Positions 1 through 9,779 of a DNA stretch of 64,000 nt are shown here, one piece after another. The DNA is taken from assembly GCA_023229825.1 (NCBI GenBank), contig JALNYN010000007.1:2596-66595 (forward strand), in the 5' to 3' direction. The stretch comes from Minisyncoccota bacterium (GTDB taxonomy: Bacteria; Patescibacteriota; Minisyncoccia; Phycocordibacterales; CAIJYI01). The notes beneath the pieces are model-generated. The model was given only the letters and a program-made list of their open reading frames with translations. It ran no database searches and was not told where the DNA came from. Numbering within the stretch: position 1 is the first letter of the stretch; each line of letters opens with the position of its first letter. A program made the position numbers and the translations under genes.

Positions 1-630
1 GGTTTCGTATAAGATAACGGGAGTTACGTTGGCAAAGCCTGTTATGTGATCGCTCGCAAATCGGAGCGCTTCATTTATCAGTGTTTCCTGCAAAGTGATA
101 TCTTGTATTTCTTCGTCAAACAGTGTACGTATGGCTACATGCCCGATGCAATAATGGGTTGTTTCGGGAGACATGTTCTCTGCCGCAAAATCTCTCGCAA
201 TGTCCGTTACTTCGGGAGTGAAATCCGTCATGGCATTTTCTTCCGAACGGATCCTCACGAAATAATCGCGATAGGGCTGCCAAACCATAAGTCCGAAATC
301 AGTATCATCGGATACGGTTTTTGCACGGTCGCTGCGGAGTGAATTGACCGGAATGCCGCCTTTGCAAAAATTTGCGAAGACTTGCGCGTACCGGTTCGTT
401 TTTTCCGCAAGGCCGATGCCTTTGATAAACGTATTCGGGTTAGGCATCACCGAAGGTGCGCCGTTCGGCATGAAGACAGGCTGACTCGCGTTCGTTACCG
501 GGGCGTAATTGATCCCGCCCGTAGTTGCCGTAGCGCCCGCCCCCGCGTTCGTCTCAATGTTTTGGTCGGCAAAAGCGCTAAACGCAACAGCAAACCATAA
601 ACACAGTACAATCAACAGATTTTTTTTCAT
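1..630 (-). CDS. secreted hypothetical protein, 3' end cut by window start (signal peptide MKKNLLIVLCLWFAVAFSAFA)
   Basis: Minus-strand frame is open for 210 codons from ATG (rc of cat 628-630) to position 1. It is absent from the ORF track only because no stop lies in the window. N-terminal signal peptide, then a Gly/Ala/Thr-rich linker. The overlapping plus-strand ORFs 46-342, 382-600 and 509-952 are judged spurious. Confidence 0.5.
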   Translation of the reverse strand, partial: MKKNLLIVLCLWFAVAFSAFADQNIETNAGAGATATTGGINYAPVTNASQPVFMPNGAPSVMPNPNTFIKGIGLAEKTNRYAQVFANFCKGGIPVNSLRSDRAKTVSDDTDFGLMVWQPYRDYFVRIRSEENAMTDFTPEVTDIARDFAAENMSPETTHYCIGHVAIRTLFDEEIQDITLQETLINEALRFASDHITGFANVTPVILYET

Positions 631-666
631 GTATTACTCGCTTTTTCAGTTCAGAAATAAAAGGGA

Positions 667-692
667 GAAGGGGGGAACCCCCTTCTCAATTA
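667..692. terminator. GC hairpin gagaagggggg-aa-cccccttctc with flanking T/A runs (rho-independent, bidirectional)
   Basis: Perfect 10-bp stem followed on the minus strand by TTTTATTT, downstream of CDS 711-1244. Confidence 0.5.
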
Positions 693-710
693 TCGGTTTA
701 TTGCGGACGA

Positions 711-1244
711 TTAGTGGTGAACAGCCATATCGAGCCAAACCTTTCCGCCGTTTTCACCGGCAGAATGGGTCAGGTCGACCGCTTTATCAAAAGAAACAGC
801 CGCAGCCTCTCCTTGGATATATATCGGGTCGATCCAGCCGTTCAACATCGTTTTACCTTGTACTTTTGTTAAGCTGTGGTTTATTGTTCCTTGCGGAGTT
901 ATGTTGGCGATTTGCGCTGTTCCGGCTTCGCCGGTTACATGTTTCGCATTGAGAGAGAGATCAACACCTCCTACAACACCGCTTTGTGCGGCAATAGAAC
1001 CGGAACCTTGGGCAAAAGTGCCCGCCATTCCGGTGGTTAATCCTTCCACTCCGTTTCCGCCTTTATAAATACCTGCGTTAATTTCCACTGAGTTGTGTGT
1101 TGCGACCTGCGAAGATTGTCCCAAAGCCGTAGCATAGGAGACACTTCCGCCGGAAATATTCACTGTCGACGTCCCATGTTCCCCATGCGCGAAAAGCGGA
1201 GAGGAAGACAGTAGGAGCGTTATTGCAATGAGAATACTTTTCAT
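711..1244 (-). CDS. secreted Gly/Ser/Thr-rich hypothetical protein
   Basis: The listed ORF 711-1364 begins at a non-ATG codon. The internal ATG at 1244 gives MKSILIAITLLLSSSPLFA, a canonical signal peptide. The rest is low-complexity and glycine-rich. Confidence 0.55.
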   Translation of the reverse strand: MKSILIAITLLLSSSPLFAHGEHGTSTVNISGGSVSYATALGQSSQVATHNSVEINAGIYKGGNGVEGLTTGMAGTFAQGSGSIAAQSGVVGGVDLSLNAKHVTGEAGTAQIANITPQGTINHSLTKVQGKTMLNGWIDPIYIQGEAAAVSFDKAVDLTHSAGENGGKVWLDMAVHH

Positions 1245-1735
1245 TTTTTTTTCCTTTTCAAAGGTTGGTTGCAGAATTTGCCCGCGAAAACATTTTCTTG
1301 GACATGGTTTCCTTTGCGGATTACCGCAAGGATTTCTTGTTTTTGGCCGGATGGCCTTAAACAAAGATCGGTGTAATTTTTTCGCGTGTTCAACGAAAAA
1401 ATGCCTTGTTTTTACTGCATTTTATTGCATATGTAGATATTTTAATTTTCAAAGGACAATGCTTGTCAACACGAATATATGACTTTAGCAAGCACGTTTC
1501 GGTGTGTATTGTATCAAATAGGATAATATTTGTCAATACTAGCCTTCCAGAAAATCGCTATCCTTACTGAGTAAGCTATTCACTCATGAAAACAGCATGA
1601 AGTAAGAGCTTTACGGCAAGTCTTTTTCATGAACCCTTCATTCTGTCTCGTATACTGATGGATGGAGATCGATTTCCTCCCAGTCTGAGGAAAGTCATCA
1701 CTGATGTTTTAAAACAACAACCGGAGAAAAAAATT

Positions 1736-3577
1736 ATGTGTGGAATAGTTGGCGGCGTTTCAAATACGAACGTAATCCCCATCCTCATCGATGGGCTTGA
1801 ACGTCTTGAGTATCGCGGATATGATTCTGCCGGCGTGGCAGCCGTTACCCCCGAAGGTATTTCATGCCTTCGCCGCCTCGGCAAGATCGAGGTACTGAGG
1901 GAAGCGCTTGAAGAAAATCCAATGAGCGCACTCGCCGGCATTGTGCATACCAGATGGGCGACGCACGGAAAACCGTCGGAAAAAAATGCTCACCCGCACG
2001 TGTCGCAAGCGGCGATCGCGGTGGTGCACAACGGGATCATCGAAAATCACGTGGCGCTTCGTGCTGTGCTCCGGGAAAAAGCTTATGAGTTTTCTTCGGA
2101 CACGGACACCGAAGTGATCGCGCATCTCGTGAACGAGCAGTGGAAGGGAGGAGGTTCTCTTTTATCGGCCGTGCAAAACGCGGTACAAGAACTTGAAGGC
2201 GCGTATTCCATTGCCGTCATCAGCAAGAACGATCCTGAAAATATCGTGGCGGTACGAATGAAAAGCCCGCTCGTTATCGGTATAGGAAAGAACGGAAATT
2301 TTGTGGCTTCGGACGTGTCGGCGCTTATTTCCATCACGAATCAATTCGTATATCTGGAAGACGGCGATGTGGCCGACATTTATCAGGCGCACTTCGTCGT
2401 GTATGATAAGACCGGAAAAAAAGTCGAACGTCCGATCAAAGTGAGCGATCTTTCACCGGAAGATGTCAGCCGGGGCGGATTTCTCCACTTCATGCAAAAA
2501 GAGATACACGAGCAGCCGGATGCGGTGTCTCGAGTACTCGACGGCCGGGTGAAAGACGGAAAAGTTTTGATCGAGGAAGCTTTCGGAAACAAAGCGGCGA
2601 AAATATTCGCCCGAACGGAAGCGGTCCAGATCATCGCGTGCGGCACCAGCCACTATTCTTCTCTCGTTGCTCGGTATTGGATGGAGATGGAGTCGCTTGC
2701 GGATATACCATGTCATGTGGATGTCGCGAGCGAGTGGCGTTATCGTAATCCGCGGCTGCATTCGCGCACGCTGTACGTATTCATCTCTCAATCGGGAGAA
2801 ACCGCGGACACGCTCGCCTGTCTCAACATGGTAAAAGAGGGAAAACCGGAGGCGCATACCATCACGATATGCAACGTGCCGGAAAGTTCCATGACGCGCG
2901 AAGCGGAGTTGACCTTTTTAACAAAAGCGGGAGCGGAGATCGGAGTGGCATCGACGAAAGCGTTTACCACGCAGCTCGCGGCGCTCATGCTGCTTACGCT
3001 CGCCCTTGGACGCACGCGCGGAATGACGGCAAAAAAAGAAGCTGAGGTTATCGTTTCGCTTCTCACGGTTCCCGAAAAATTGCGCGAGGCGCTCTTGCTC
3101 GATGGAGAGCTCCGGCTGCTCGCGCCGGGATTTGGAAAGAAAGAACATGCGCTCTATCTCGGACGCGGATCGGAATATCCGATCGCGCTCGAAGGATCGC
3201 TGAAGATGAAAGAAATTTCTTACATTCACGCGGAAGGATATCCGGCGGGAGAATTAAAACACGGACCGCTCGCGCTCGTCAATGAAGAGATGCCGGTCAT
3301 CGCCGTCGCTCCGAATGACGTCCTTGTTGAAAAATTACAGTCGAACCTTAAGGAGGTTCGCGCCAGAAACGGACAATTATTTATTTTTGCATCTCCTGAT
3401 GTGAAGATCGATCTCGATGAAGGTACGACGGTTATCGCACTGCCTCGCGTTGACGAGCTGGTAGCGCCGATCGTTTATGTAGTTCCTTTACAGTTGCTTG
3501 CCTACCACGTTGCCGTAGCGCGCGGCAATAATGTAGACCAGCCGAGAAATTTGGCAAAATCAGTAACGGTGGAATAG
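1736..3577 (+). CDS. glmS: glutamine--fructose-6-phosphate aminotransferase (isomerising)
   Basis: MCGIVGG N-terminus (Cys2 nucleophile) at the ATG at 1736, preceded by GGAG. Class-II glutamine amidotransferase domain plus two SIS domains, length about 613 aa. The ORF upstream extension in the track is not needed. Confidence 0.95.
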   Translation: MCGIVGGVSNTNVIPILIDGLERLEYRGYDSAGVAAVTPEGISCLRRLGKIEVLREALEENPMSALAGIVHTRWATHGKPSEKNAHPHVSQAAIAVVHNGIIENHVALRAVLREKAYEFSSDTDTEVIAHLVNEQWKGGGSLLSAVQNAVQELEGAYSIAVISKNDPENIVAVRMKSPLVIGIGKNGNFVASDVSALISITNQFVYLEDGDVADIYQAHFVVYDKTGKKVERPIKVSDLSPEDVSRGGFLHFMQKEIHEQPDAVSRVLDGRVKDGKVLIEEAFGNKAAKIFARTEAVQIIACGTSHYSSLVARYWMEMESLADIPCHVDVASEWRYRNPRLHSRTLYVFISQSGETADTLACLNMVKEGKPEAHTITICNVPESSMTREAELTFLTKAGAEIGVASTKAFTTQLAALMLLTLALGRTRGMTAKKEAEVIVSLLTVPEKLREALLLDGELRLLAPGFGKKEHALYLGRGSEYPIALEGSLKMKEISYIHAEGYPAGELKHGPLALVNEEMPVIAVAPNDVLVEKLQSNLKEVRARNGQLFIFASPDVKIDLDEGTTVIALPRVDELVAPIVYVVPLQLLAYHVAVARGNNVDQPRNLAKSVTVE

Positions 3578-3584
3578 AAACTCA

Positions 3585-3618
3585 ACCGTCAGTGAAAATT
3601 CACTGACGGTTTTTTTTG
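3585..3618 (+). terminator. rho-independent terminator after glmS
   Basis: accgtcagtg-aaaatt-cactgacggt followed by TTTTTTTT. Confidence 0.75.
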
Positions 3619-3643
3619 AAAAATATCGTTTTCGTCATTCCGG

Positions 3644-3717
3644 GCCGCGACCCGGAATCCACGTTTGTCGCGCACACTCTGGATTCCGGGTCGTAGCCCG
3701 GAATGACGGTATGGTGA
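3644..3717. repeat. GTCATTCCGG palindromic repeat element (forward unit plus inverted unit)
   Basis: gtcattccgggccgcgacccggaatccacg ... ggattccgggtcgtagcccggaatgac. Member of a family recurring at nine intergenic loci. Confidence 0.8.
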
Positions 3718-3732
3718 GCGGTCACACTACGA

Positions 3733-4467
3733 TCATTTTTTCGGAAAGAATGCCGATTCTTTTTTGCTCACTTTGATCGATGTTTCAAGAAGCGACTCGA
3801 TCGTTCCCGCATCGTACCAATCGCCTTTCACGACAAAAAACTCCATCATGCCAGCATCAACATATTGATTCACCGCGTCGGTGACTTCGAGCTCTCCTCT
3901 TTTTGACGGCGTTAATTTTTTTATGAATGAGAAGATGCGGCTGTCGAAAAAATACAAACCGGTCTGCGCAAAATCCGACTTCGGTTTTTTCGGCTTCTCC
4001 TCGATCCGTACGATCTTCTTTCCTGTTCTGTCGAAAACTGGGACGCCGTACCGTTCCGGGTCTTTTACTTTTTTCAAAAAAATTCTCGCGCCGTCGGTAA
4101 AGGTTTCCGCCGATCTCGAAAAATCATCTTCAAAAATATTGTCCCCCAGAATAACAGCGACGTTTTCATTGTCCGAAAAATCCTCTGCGCACGAAAGCGC
4201 GTCGGCGATACCGGCATTGTTTTTATCTTGCACGGCAAAAGAAAGTTTCACTCCGCTTTCTTTTCCGGAACCGAGAAAATTGATGAAGTGTCCGACATGT
4301 TCGCGTCCGCAGACGATCATGATCTCGGTGATCCCCGCGCGCCGAAGGGTTTCAATAGGGTAGGAGATCATCGGCCGGCCGTATACCGGCAGGAGATGTT
4401 TGTTGGTGATGAGCGTCAGAGGACGAAGGCGCGTGCCAAGCCCTCCCGCAAGTACGATCCCTTTCAT
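3733..4467 (-). CDS. sugar-phosphate nucleotidyltransferase (glucose-1-phosphate thymidylyltransferase-like, short form)
   Basis: MKGIVLAGGLGTRLRPLT N-terminal pyrophosphorylase motif. Lies adjacent to the dTDP-glucose dehydratase gene. Confidence 0.75.
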   Translation of the reverse strand: MKGIVLAGGLGTRLRPLTLITNKHLLPVYGRPMISYPIETLRRAGITEIMIVCGREHVGHFINFLGSGKESGVKLSFAVQDKNNAGIADALSCAEDFSDNENVAVILGDNIFEDDFSRSAETFTDGARIFLKKVKDPERYGVPVFDRTGKKIVRIEEKPKKPKSDFAQTGLYFFDSRIFSFIKKLTPSKRGELEVTDAVNQYVDAGMMEFFVVKGDWYDAGTIESLLETSIKVSKKESAFFPKK

Positions 4468-4472
4468 AAAAA

Positions 4473-5528
4473 TTATTTTATTTTTTTATTCCGCTTAATT
4501 TTTTGAGTAATGTGCGTATTAAAACCGGAGGTTTTTTTTCGTATCGCGCGGAGCCATTTTTCATTCGACAAGTACCAGCCGATCGTTTCCCGGAACGCTT
4601 TTTCAAAATCATATTCCGGAACCCAGCCGAGTTCCCGGCGAATTTTTGAACTGTCGATCGCGTATCGCCGGTCATGTCCGGGACGATCCGCCACAAATTC
4701 GAGGTGAGAATCATTCCGCTTGAAATACGAAAGGATCATGCGGGCGATAGTCAAGTTATCGAGTTCCGTATCTGCGCCGATACCGTAAGTTTCTCCGGGA
4801 ATTCCTCGAATAAGGCAAAGCTCAAGCGCACGGCAATGATCCATGACATATATCCAGTCGCGCACATTTTTTCCGTCGCCGTATATCGGCAGCTTCTTAT
4901 TCTCCATCATGCGGGTAATACAGAAGGGTATTAATTTTTCCGGATATTGATTCGGCCCGTAATTATTGGAACAGTGCGTGACGACAACCGGAATTTTCCA
5001 TGTCGAGAAATAGGAGCGACACAAAAGATCACCGCCCGCTTTGGTGGCAGCGTAGGGAGTATTCGGAGCAAAAACAGTTGTCTCCTCGAATTTTTGTTTA
5101 GAGCCGAGCGGTAAGCTGCCGAACACTTCATCGGTGCTGACCTCGACATATTTGAGGATTTTTTTTGATTCCTTTACCGATTCCAGAATATTGAATACTC
5201 CTTCCACATTCGTGCGGACGAACTCAAGCGCTTCGCCGTGCACGCTTCGATCGACGTGAGTTTCTGCGGCAAAGTTTATGACAAAGTCAGGTTTGTATTC
5301 GGAAAAAACGGAGCGCACGTGTTTTTGATCTGCAATATCTCCTTTACTGAAAGAATATCGTTTGTCTTTGCTTACGTCTTTTACATTTTCCAAATTTCCG
5401 GAATAGGTGAGTTTATCGAAATTCACCGCTTTCACTTTTGGATATTTTGACAGGATAAGGCGAATAAAATTGGACCCGATAAATCCGGCTCCCCCAAAAA
5501 CAAGGACGGTTTTGCGATTGAGATCCAT
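4473..5528 (-). CDS. rfbB: dTDP-glucose 4,6-dehydratase
   Basis: GGAGFIGSN Rossmann motif and a YAATKAGGD (YxxxK) catalytic motif, about 350 aa. Extended SDR family, RmlB-like. Confidence 0.85.
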   Translation of the reverse strand: MDLNRKTVLVFGGAGFIGSNFIRLILSKYPKVKAVNFDKLTYSGNLENVKDVSKDKRYSFSKGDIADQKHVRSVFSEYKPDFVINFAAETHVDRSVHGEALEFVRTNVEGVFNILESVKESKKILKYVEVSTDEVFGSLPLGSKQKFEETTVFAPNTPYAATKAGGDLLCRSYFSTWKIPVVVTHCSNNYGPNQYPEKLIPFCITRMMENKKLPIYGDGKNVRDWIYVMDHCRALELCLIRGIPGETYGIGADTELDNLTIARMILSYFKRNDSHLEFVADRPGHDRRYAIDSSKIRRELGWVPEYDFEKAFRETIGWYLSNEKWLRAIRKKTSGFNTHITQKIKRNKKIK

Positions 5529-5586
5529 TTTGTTGGTTTAAGATAAACGATAATAGAGTTCTTTCAAAAGTTATGTCATTTATTCT

Positions 5587-5658
5587 GTCATTCCGGACTT
5601 GATCCGGAATCCACGTCCTGTGATATAACGTGGATCCCGGGTCGCTGCCCGGGATGAC
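5587..5658. repeat. GTCATTCCGG palindromic repeat element (forward plus inverted unit)
   Basis: gtcattccggacttgatccggaatccacg tcctgtgatata acgtggatcccgggtcgctgcccgggatgac. Confidence 0.8.
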
Positions 5659-5759
5659 GACGGGCGACTTTTTAAAGAGATCTAATATACGCGTATCATA
5701 TCCCATTATATTTTACAATGCAAAAAAAACGGGAGGGTGTTAAACCCTCCCGCGTGACA

Positions 5760-6953
5760 TTAGTGGTTCAATTGCATAGCAAGATTTTCCATATCTTTAC
5801 TCGCACTCTGCAGCGCCAATGCCAGAGGACTGCAATTTGAGGGAGAAAATGTCGTTTCGTTCACCACAAGGATCGGATCCTTGAGGTAAGCGGTGTTGGT
5901 TTCAATACGCTGTATGACTCGGGCAAACAATTCATTGGCGCTCTTTGATGCAACGGCTTTTCTCGCATCAACGCGAAGCGCCTTGAGCACTTGAACGGCA
6001 GTATATAAACTTCCTTGTCCGTGGTAATAGGCGTTATCCATCTCATTCCATGATATGTTTTCCGGAGCATTATCTTGTCTCGCAGACTTTCCAGATGAAT
6101 CCTCATGTGTCGACAAAAGAGGAATCCTTGTTTTTTCGACAGACTCAAGCCTTCGTGCCGAGTTTGCCAGTACCGCCGCCATAGTCTTCAGGAGTTCGCC
6201 TGAATTATAGGTGGTCGGATAAATATGTGCCTTTCCTTTTTCTAAAGAGAATCGGAAAGCTTTAATCGCATTTAAACCATCTTTATAGACTCCTTCGGTT
6301 CTTGGAAATGCCCAGCTGTCGGAATCCCAAGCAAATTTATTATATGCTCTTTCTATGAACGGATTAAACGCATCATTTTTTCCGTTTTTCGTAAAGTTAT
6401 CGCGCATTTCCTGCAGAACGAAACGGACCATTTGGAGCTGCCCGATCTGAAAGTTCCGCGGATTGTCTACTCCGAATATCCCTGTTTTTGATGAGGCCCA
6501 AGGAAGGTCGTTATCCTGCCAATTCACTATCATTTCACTGGTTATACTTATCATCGTATCCGCTAACGCCGTGCCCTGATTTTCGTTGTACTCCGCCAAT
6601 TGCTGAGACGATTCAATGGGCATTACGTTGGGTATTTCTTTGGGATAGATGACGCTGGTGTAATTATACGCATACGTACCGACCCAAACCGCGGGGTAGG
6701 TGGACCAAAGGGGACCGAGGACAAGCGCTATAAGGATGATGACCGCCGGAATTCCCGCCAATAAATAGCGATATTTCCAGTCTGCTGCTCCATTATGCCA
6801 CCAGTGCCAAAATGGCGATATTTGTTTCCATGGCCACTTGATCATCCTCCAGAGGAGGTGAAAGGTCGCACCGTATAAGAAATGAATAGTTCGACTCATA
6901 TGGCCTTTTTTGGCGGCAAGGGAGCCTGTTTGTGGGGCTGTCTTTTCTGTCAT
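5760..6953 (-). CDS. membrane-anchored hypothetical protein (possibly DUF2333-like)
   Basis: The ATG at 6953 has GAGGTG 5 nt upstream. The track start at 6971 is also an ATG but has no RBS. One N-terminal TM segment, then a large soluble domain. Confidence 0.5.
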   Translation of the reverse strand: MTEKTAPQTGSLAAKKGHMSRTIHFLYGATFHLLWRMIKWPWKQISPFWHWWHNGAADWKYRYLLAGIPAVIILIALVLGPLWSTYPAVWVGTYAYNYTSVIYPKEIPNVMPIESSQQLAEYNENQGTALADTMISITSEMIVNWQDNDLPWASSKTGIFGVDNPRNFQIGQLQMVRFVLQEMRDNFTKNGKNDAFNPFIERAYNKFAWDSDSWAFPRTEGVYKDGLNAIKAFRFSLEKGKAHIYPTTYNSGELLKTMAAVLANSARRLESVEKTRIPLLSTHEDSSGKSARQDNAPENISWNEMDNAYYHGQGSLYTAVQVLKALRVDARKAVASKSANELFARVIQRIETNTAYLKDPILVVNETTFSPSNCSPLALALQSASKDMENLAMQLNH

Positions 6954-7035
6954 TTTCGCACCTCGCTTCATTGTTTCAAAAAACTATCTCCGACTTATTC
7001 TATACCATAGAATATAAAAAAAAGGAAGCCGACAA

Positions 7036-7064
7036 CTTGACTTTTTTATAAAAATGGTGTATAA
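7036..7064 (+). promoter_or_regulatory. sigma70-like promoter (TTGACT-17 nt-TATAAT) upstream of the sensor kinase gene
   Basis: ttgact tttttataaaaatggtg tataat: perfect -35 and -10 hexamers with 17-nt spacing, about 80 nt upstream of the ATG at 7143. Confidence 0.55.
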
Positions 7065-7142
7065 TGAAGCCGTTTAATTAATACACAAAAAATGGTGTAA
7101 TTGTTCCGATCAAAAGGGCGTTATTTACGCAAGACTTATTTT

Positions 7143-9047
7143 ATGACTGAGCCTTTACCAAAACATCAATTCAATATTCCAACGCTGAAAAAAGCATTGA
7201 TATGGGGATTTTTTCTCATCCCGTTTTTCATTCTGAGCGTATACAACTATCCCGCTTTTCACAGTTTTGCCGACATGGCGACCGTCTTTATTGCGGGCAG
7301 CGTGTTTGTCGTCGTCTGGAACAGGCGGCACGTATTGGATAACCACTATTATCTCTTCGTCGGTATCGCTTTTGTTTTTTACGCCTTTCTGGACTTCATG
7401 CACCTGCTCGGCAATAAAGGAATAGGAATCTTTCCGGGATATGGCAATCTCGGCCCCACATTTTACATTGCCAGTCGATATCTGCTCGGCATTTCGCTTC
7501 TCCTTGCGCCGGCATTCATTAAGCGCAAAGTAAATGTTTTTGCCATGTTCAGCGTGTATTTGTTTGCCGCCACGCTGATCCTGCTTTCTGTTTTTTTGTG
7601 GCGCTCATTTCCGGCCACGTTTATAGAAGGGGTCGGATTGACTCCCTTTAAGATTTTCAGCGATTATCTCATTTGCGCCACGATACTCGGTGCCATTGCC
7701 GTATTATACTTGAATCGACGAGCATTCGATCCGAGGGTATTCCGTCTTTTCATTCACTCACTCCTTTTGTCCGTTGCATCCGGACTGGCTTTTACTTTTT
7801 ATGCGGATCCTTTCGATATAACCAACACGATCGGGCACGTATTTCAGGTCGCGTCGTTTTATCTGATCTATCGCGCATTCGTGGAAACGATCCTGAATAA
7901 GCCTCAGGATATTTTGTACCGCAGCTTGAGAATGAGCGCTGAAGAAAATTTAAAACTTAATACCAAACTGAAAAATACAAATTTCTATCTGAAGCAGAAA
8001 GAAGCCGAGCTTCGCGAAGCTCAGCGTATCGCGCATATCGGAAGCTGGTCTTGGGATTCCGCGACGGATACGATGGCATGGTCGGATGAATTTCTCCGTA
8101 TTTACGGTTTTGATCCGGAAACGGAAACCATGCCTGACTTTAAGGATCAAAGAGGGCGATGTTATCCGATACCGGACTGGGAACGCATAAACAGCGCCGC
8201 AAAAAATACTATAAAAACGGGAGTCGGTTATGAGATCGAAGTTCAGGCGTTCCGCAACGGCGTTCCGATATGGATCACTACGCGCGGCGAAGCGGTGCAC
8301 GATGACGCCGGAAAGGTTATCGGTCTTCGCGGAACGGTTCAAGATACCACGTATCGCAAGATGGGCGAAGAACGGCTCAGAAATTTTATTTCAGTTCTGG
8401 CTCATGAATTGCGCAATCCTTTGTCGCCGATCGTACTCGAAGTTGAAATGCTGAAAATGCGGGAAAATACTGATCGGGAGGTGAAGGAATCATACGAAGT
8501 AATAGAGCGGCAGGCCGCTAATATGACGAAACTGTTGAAAGAGCTTCTCGACGTCTCGCGCATAGAAAGAGGCAAGGTTGAGTTGAGTAAAAAAGACGTG
8601 GAATTATCAACGATCATCGAGGGTGCGGCGGAGGCTTCGAAACCGCTCATTACGAAAGCGAAACAGGAGCTGAAGATCACCATGCCGGAAGGATCGATGC
8701 TGATCCATGCAGATCAGCTGCGAGTGGGACAGATCATAACAAATCTGCTCAATAACGCCTCAAAATATTCGGAGGAAAATAAACTCATTGAGATGATCGT
8801 GGAAAAACTTGGCGATAAAGCCGTCATTAAGATCAAAGATTATGGGGTCGGAATTTCTACGGAAGCACAGAAAGATATCTTTGCACTCTTTTCTCAAAAT
8901 GAGACCATGAGCCGAGTGAAAGGAGGGCTTGGCGTCGGGTTGTATCTGTCGAGAGAACTTGCACAGCTTCATGGCGGTTCAATAACCGTCAAAAGCGCCG
9001 GTCTCGGAAAGGGAAGTGAATTCATTGTTACGCTGCCTCTTAAATGA
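7143..9047 (+). CDS. sensor histidine kinase (multi-TM N-terminal sensor, PAS, HisKA, HATPase_c)
   Basis: The track ORF begins at TTG 7101; the first ATG is 7143. About 8 TM segments, a PAS domain, the H-box HELRNPLSPI, and a C-terminal ATPase (GGLGVGLYLSRELAQLHGG). Confidence 0.85.
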   Translation: MTEPLPKHQFNIPTLKKALIWGFFLIPFFILSVYNYPAFHSFADMATVFIAGSVFVVVWNRRHVLDNHYYLFVGIAFVFYAFLDFMHLLGNKGIGIFPGYGNLGPTFYIASRYLLGISLLLAPAFIKRKVNVFAMFSVYLFAATLILLSVFLWRSFPATFIEGVGLTPFKIFSDYLICATILGAIAVLYLNRRAFDPRVFRLFIHSLLLSVASGLAFTFYADPFDITNTIGHVFQVASFYLIYRAFVETILNKPQDILYRSLRMSAEENLKLNTKLKNTNFYLKQKEAELREAQRIAHIGSWSWDSATDTMAWSDEFLRIYGFDPETETMPDFKDQRGRCYPIPDWERINSAAKNTIKTGVGYEIEVQAFRNGVPIWITTRGEAVHDDAGKVIGLRGTVQDTTYRKMGEERLRNFISVLAHELRNPLSPIVLEVEMLKMRENTDREVKESYEVIERQAANMTKLLKELLDVSRIERGKVELSKKDVELSTIIEGAAEASKPLITKAKQELKITMPEGSMLIHADQLRVGQIITNLLNNASKYSEENKLIEMIVEKLGDKAVIKIKDYGVGISTEAQKDIFALFSQNETMSRVKGGLGVGLYLSRELAQLHGGSITVKSAGLGKGSEFIVTLPLK

Positions 9048-9060
9048 TCGATCTCTCATA

Positions 9061-9101
9061 AAAAAAATAACGTTTGGTAAAAACCAAACGTTATTTTTTT
9101 A
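9061..9101. terminator. bidirectional rho-independent terminator
   Basis: A-run, then ataacgtttggt-aaaa-accaaacgttat, then T-run. Sits between the convergent kinase gene and the holin-like gene. Confidence 0.75.
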
Positions 9102-9107
9102 TCAGCT

Positions 9108-9443
9108 TTATTTTGCGGCTGAATCAAAAAGAATGTTGATAAGCGATATCACGAGCCCGAAGAGGAGGGCGATAAGGAACGAACCCGGCACAAATCCCGG
9201 TACGATCGCTCCCGCGATCAAAACAAGAATGGTGTTGATAACGAGCGTAAAAAGCCCGAGGGTCATAATGTTCAACGGAAGCGTCAGCGCCAAAAGGACC
9301 GGCTTGACGAAAAGATTGAGCAGTCCGAGGACGACCGCTACGACGAAAGCGGTAAACCATCCGCTGACCATTACTCCGGGGATAAGATACGCTGCCACCA
9401 TGACCGCGATGGTATTGATCGCGAAATGAAAAAACATGTTCAT
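9108..9443 (-). CDS. phage-holin-family-4-like (PF04020-type) small membrane protein
   Basis: 111 aa with 4 TM helices. Pattern INTIAVMVAAYLIPGV...LLGLLNLFVKPVLLALTLPLNIMTLGLF is typical of this family. Confidence 0.6.
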   Translation of the reverse strand: MNMFFHFAINTIAVMVAAYLIPGVMVSGWFTAFVVAVVLGLLNLFVKPVLLALTLPLNIMTLGLFTLVINTILVLIAGAIVPGFVPGSFLIALLFGLVISLINILFDSAAK

Positions 9444-9455
9444 AAAGTTAGTTTT

Positions 9456-9647
9456 TTATTTTTTATGTTTAACTTTTAATGGGATCGTGCTTCGCTTCGT
9501 CTTCGCGATCTTACGCAAATCCTTTTCGCTCATGGAACTCGCCATTTTTTTTGACGCTCCTTTAAGCTTTCTTTTTGATATTTGTCCGCGTTTCGCGGAC
9601 AGAGCCGCACCCGCGGCCATCTGTTGTTTTTTTGATCTTGCCGGCAT
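9456..9647 (-). CDS. DUF3008 family small basic protein
   Basis: 63 aa. MPARSKKQQMAAGAALSAKRG...MASSMSEKDLRKIAKTK matches the conserved DUF3008 pattern. Confidence 0.6.
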   Translation of the reverse strand: MPARSKKQQMAAGAALSAKRGQISKRKLKGASKKMASSMSEKDLRKIAKTKRSTIPLKVKHKK

Positions 9648-9742
9648 AGTACCTTTTATTACCGCCGGCTTATGAAATATTCATGAAAATAAAAAAAGCA
9701 GGCCGTTTGACCTGCTCCAAATTTTTATCATCTATACAATGC

Positions 9743-9772
9743 GTCATCCCGGGCCGCGACCCGGGATCCACG
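9743..9772. repeat. GTCATCCCGGG palindromic repeat unit (single)
   Basis: gtcatcccgggccgcgacccgggatccacg. Confidence 0.75.
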
Positions 9773-9779
9773 TCGTGCT

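Noticed and set aside
382-952. Plus-strand ORFs 46-342, 382-600 and 509-952 at the window start
   Set aside because: A 210-codon minus-strand frame with a signal peptide occupies the same DNA and is far more plausible. The plus ORFs are Arg/Pro-rich antisense artefacts.
1862-3229. Numerous antisense or internal ORFs inside glmS, narG, the giant secreted genes, pntAB and others (e.g. 1862-2125, 2453-2857, 14371-14589, 24853-25464, 38484-38750, 44881-45450)
   Set aside because: They are embedded in or antisense to strongly supported long genes, have biased Arg/Ser/Pro composition, and have no independent signals.
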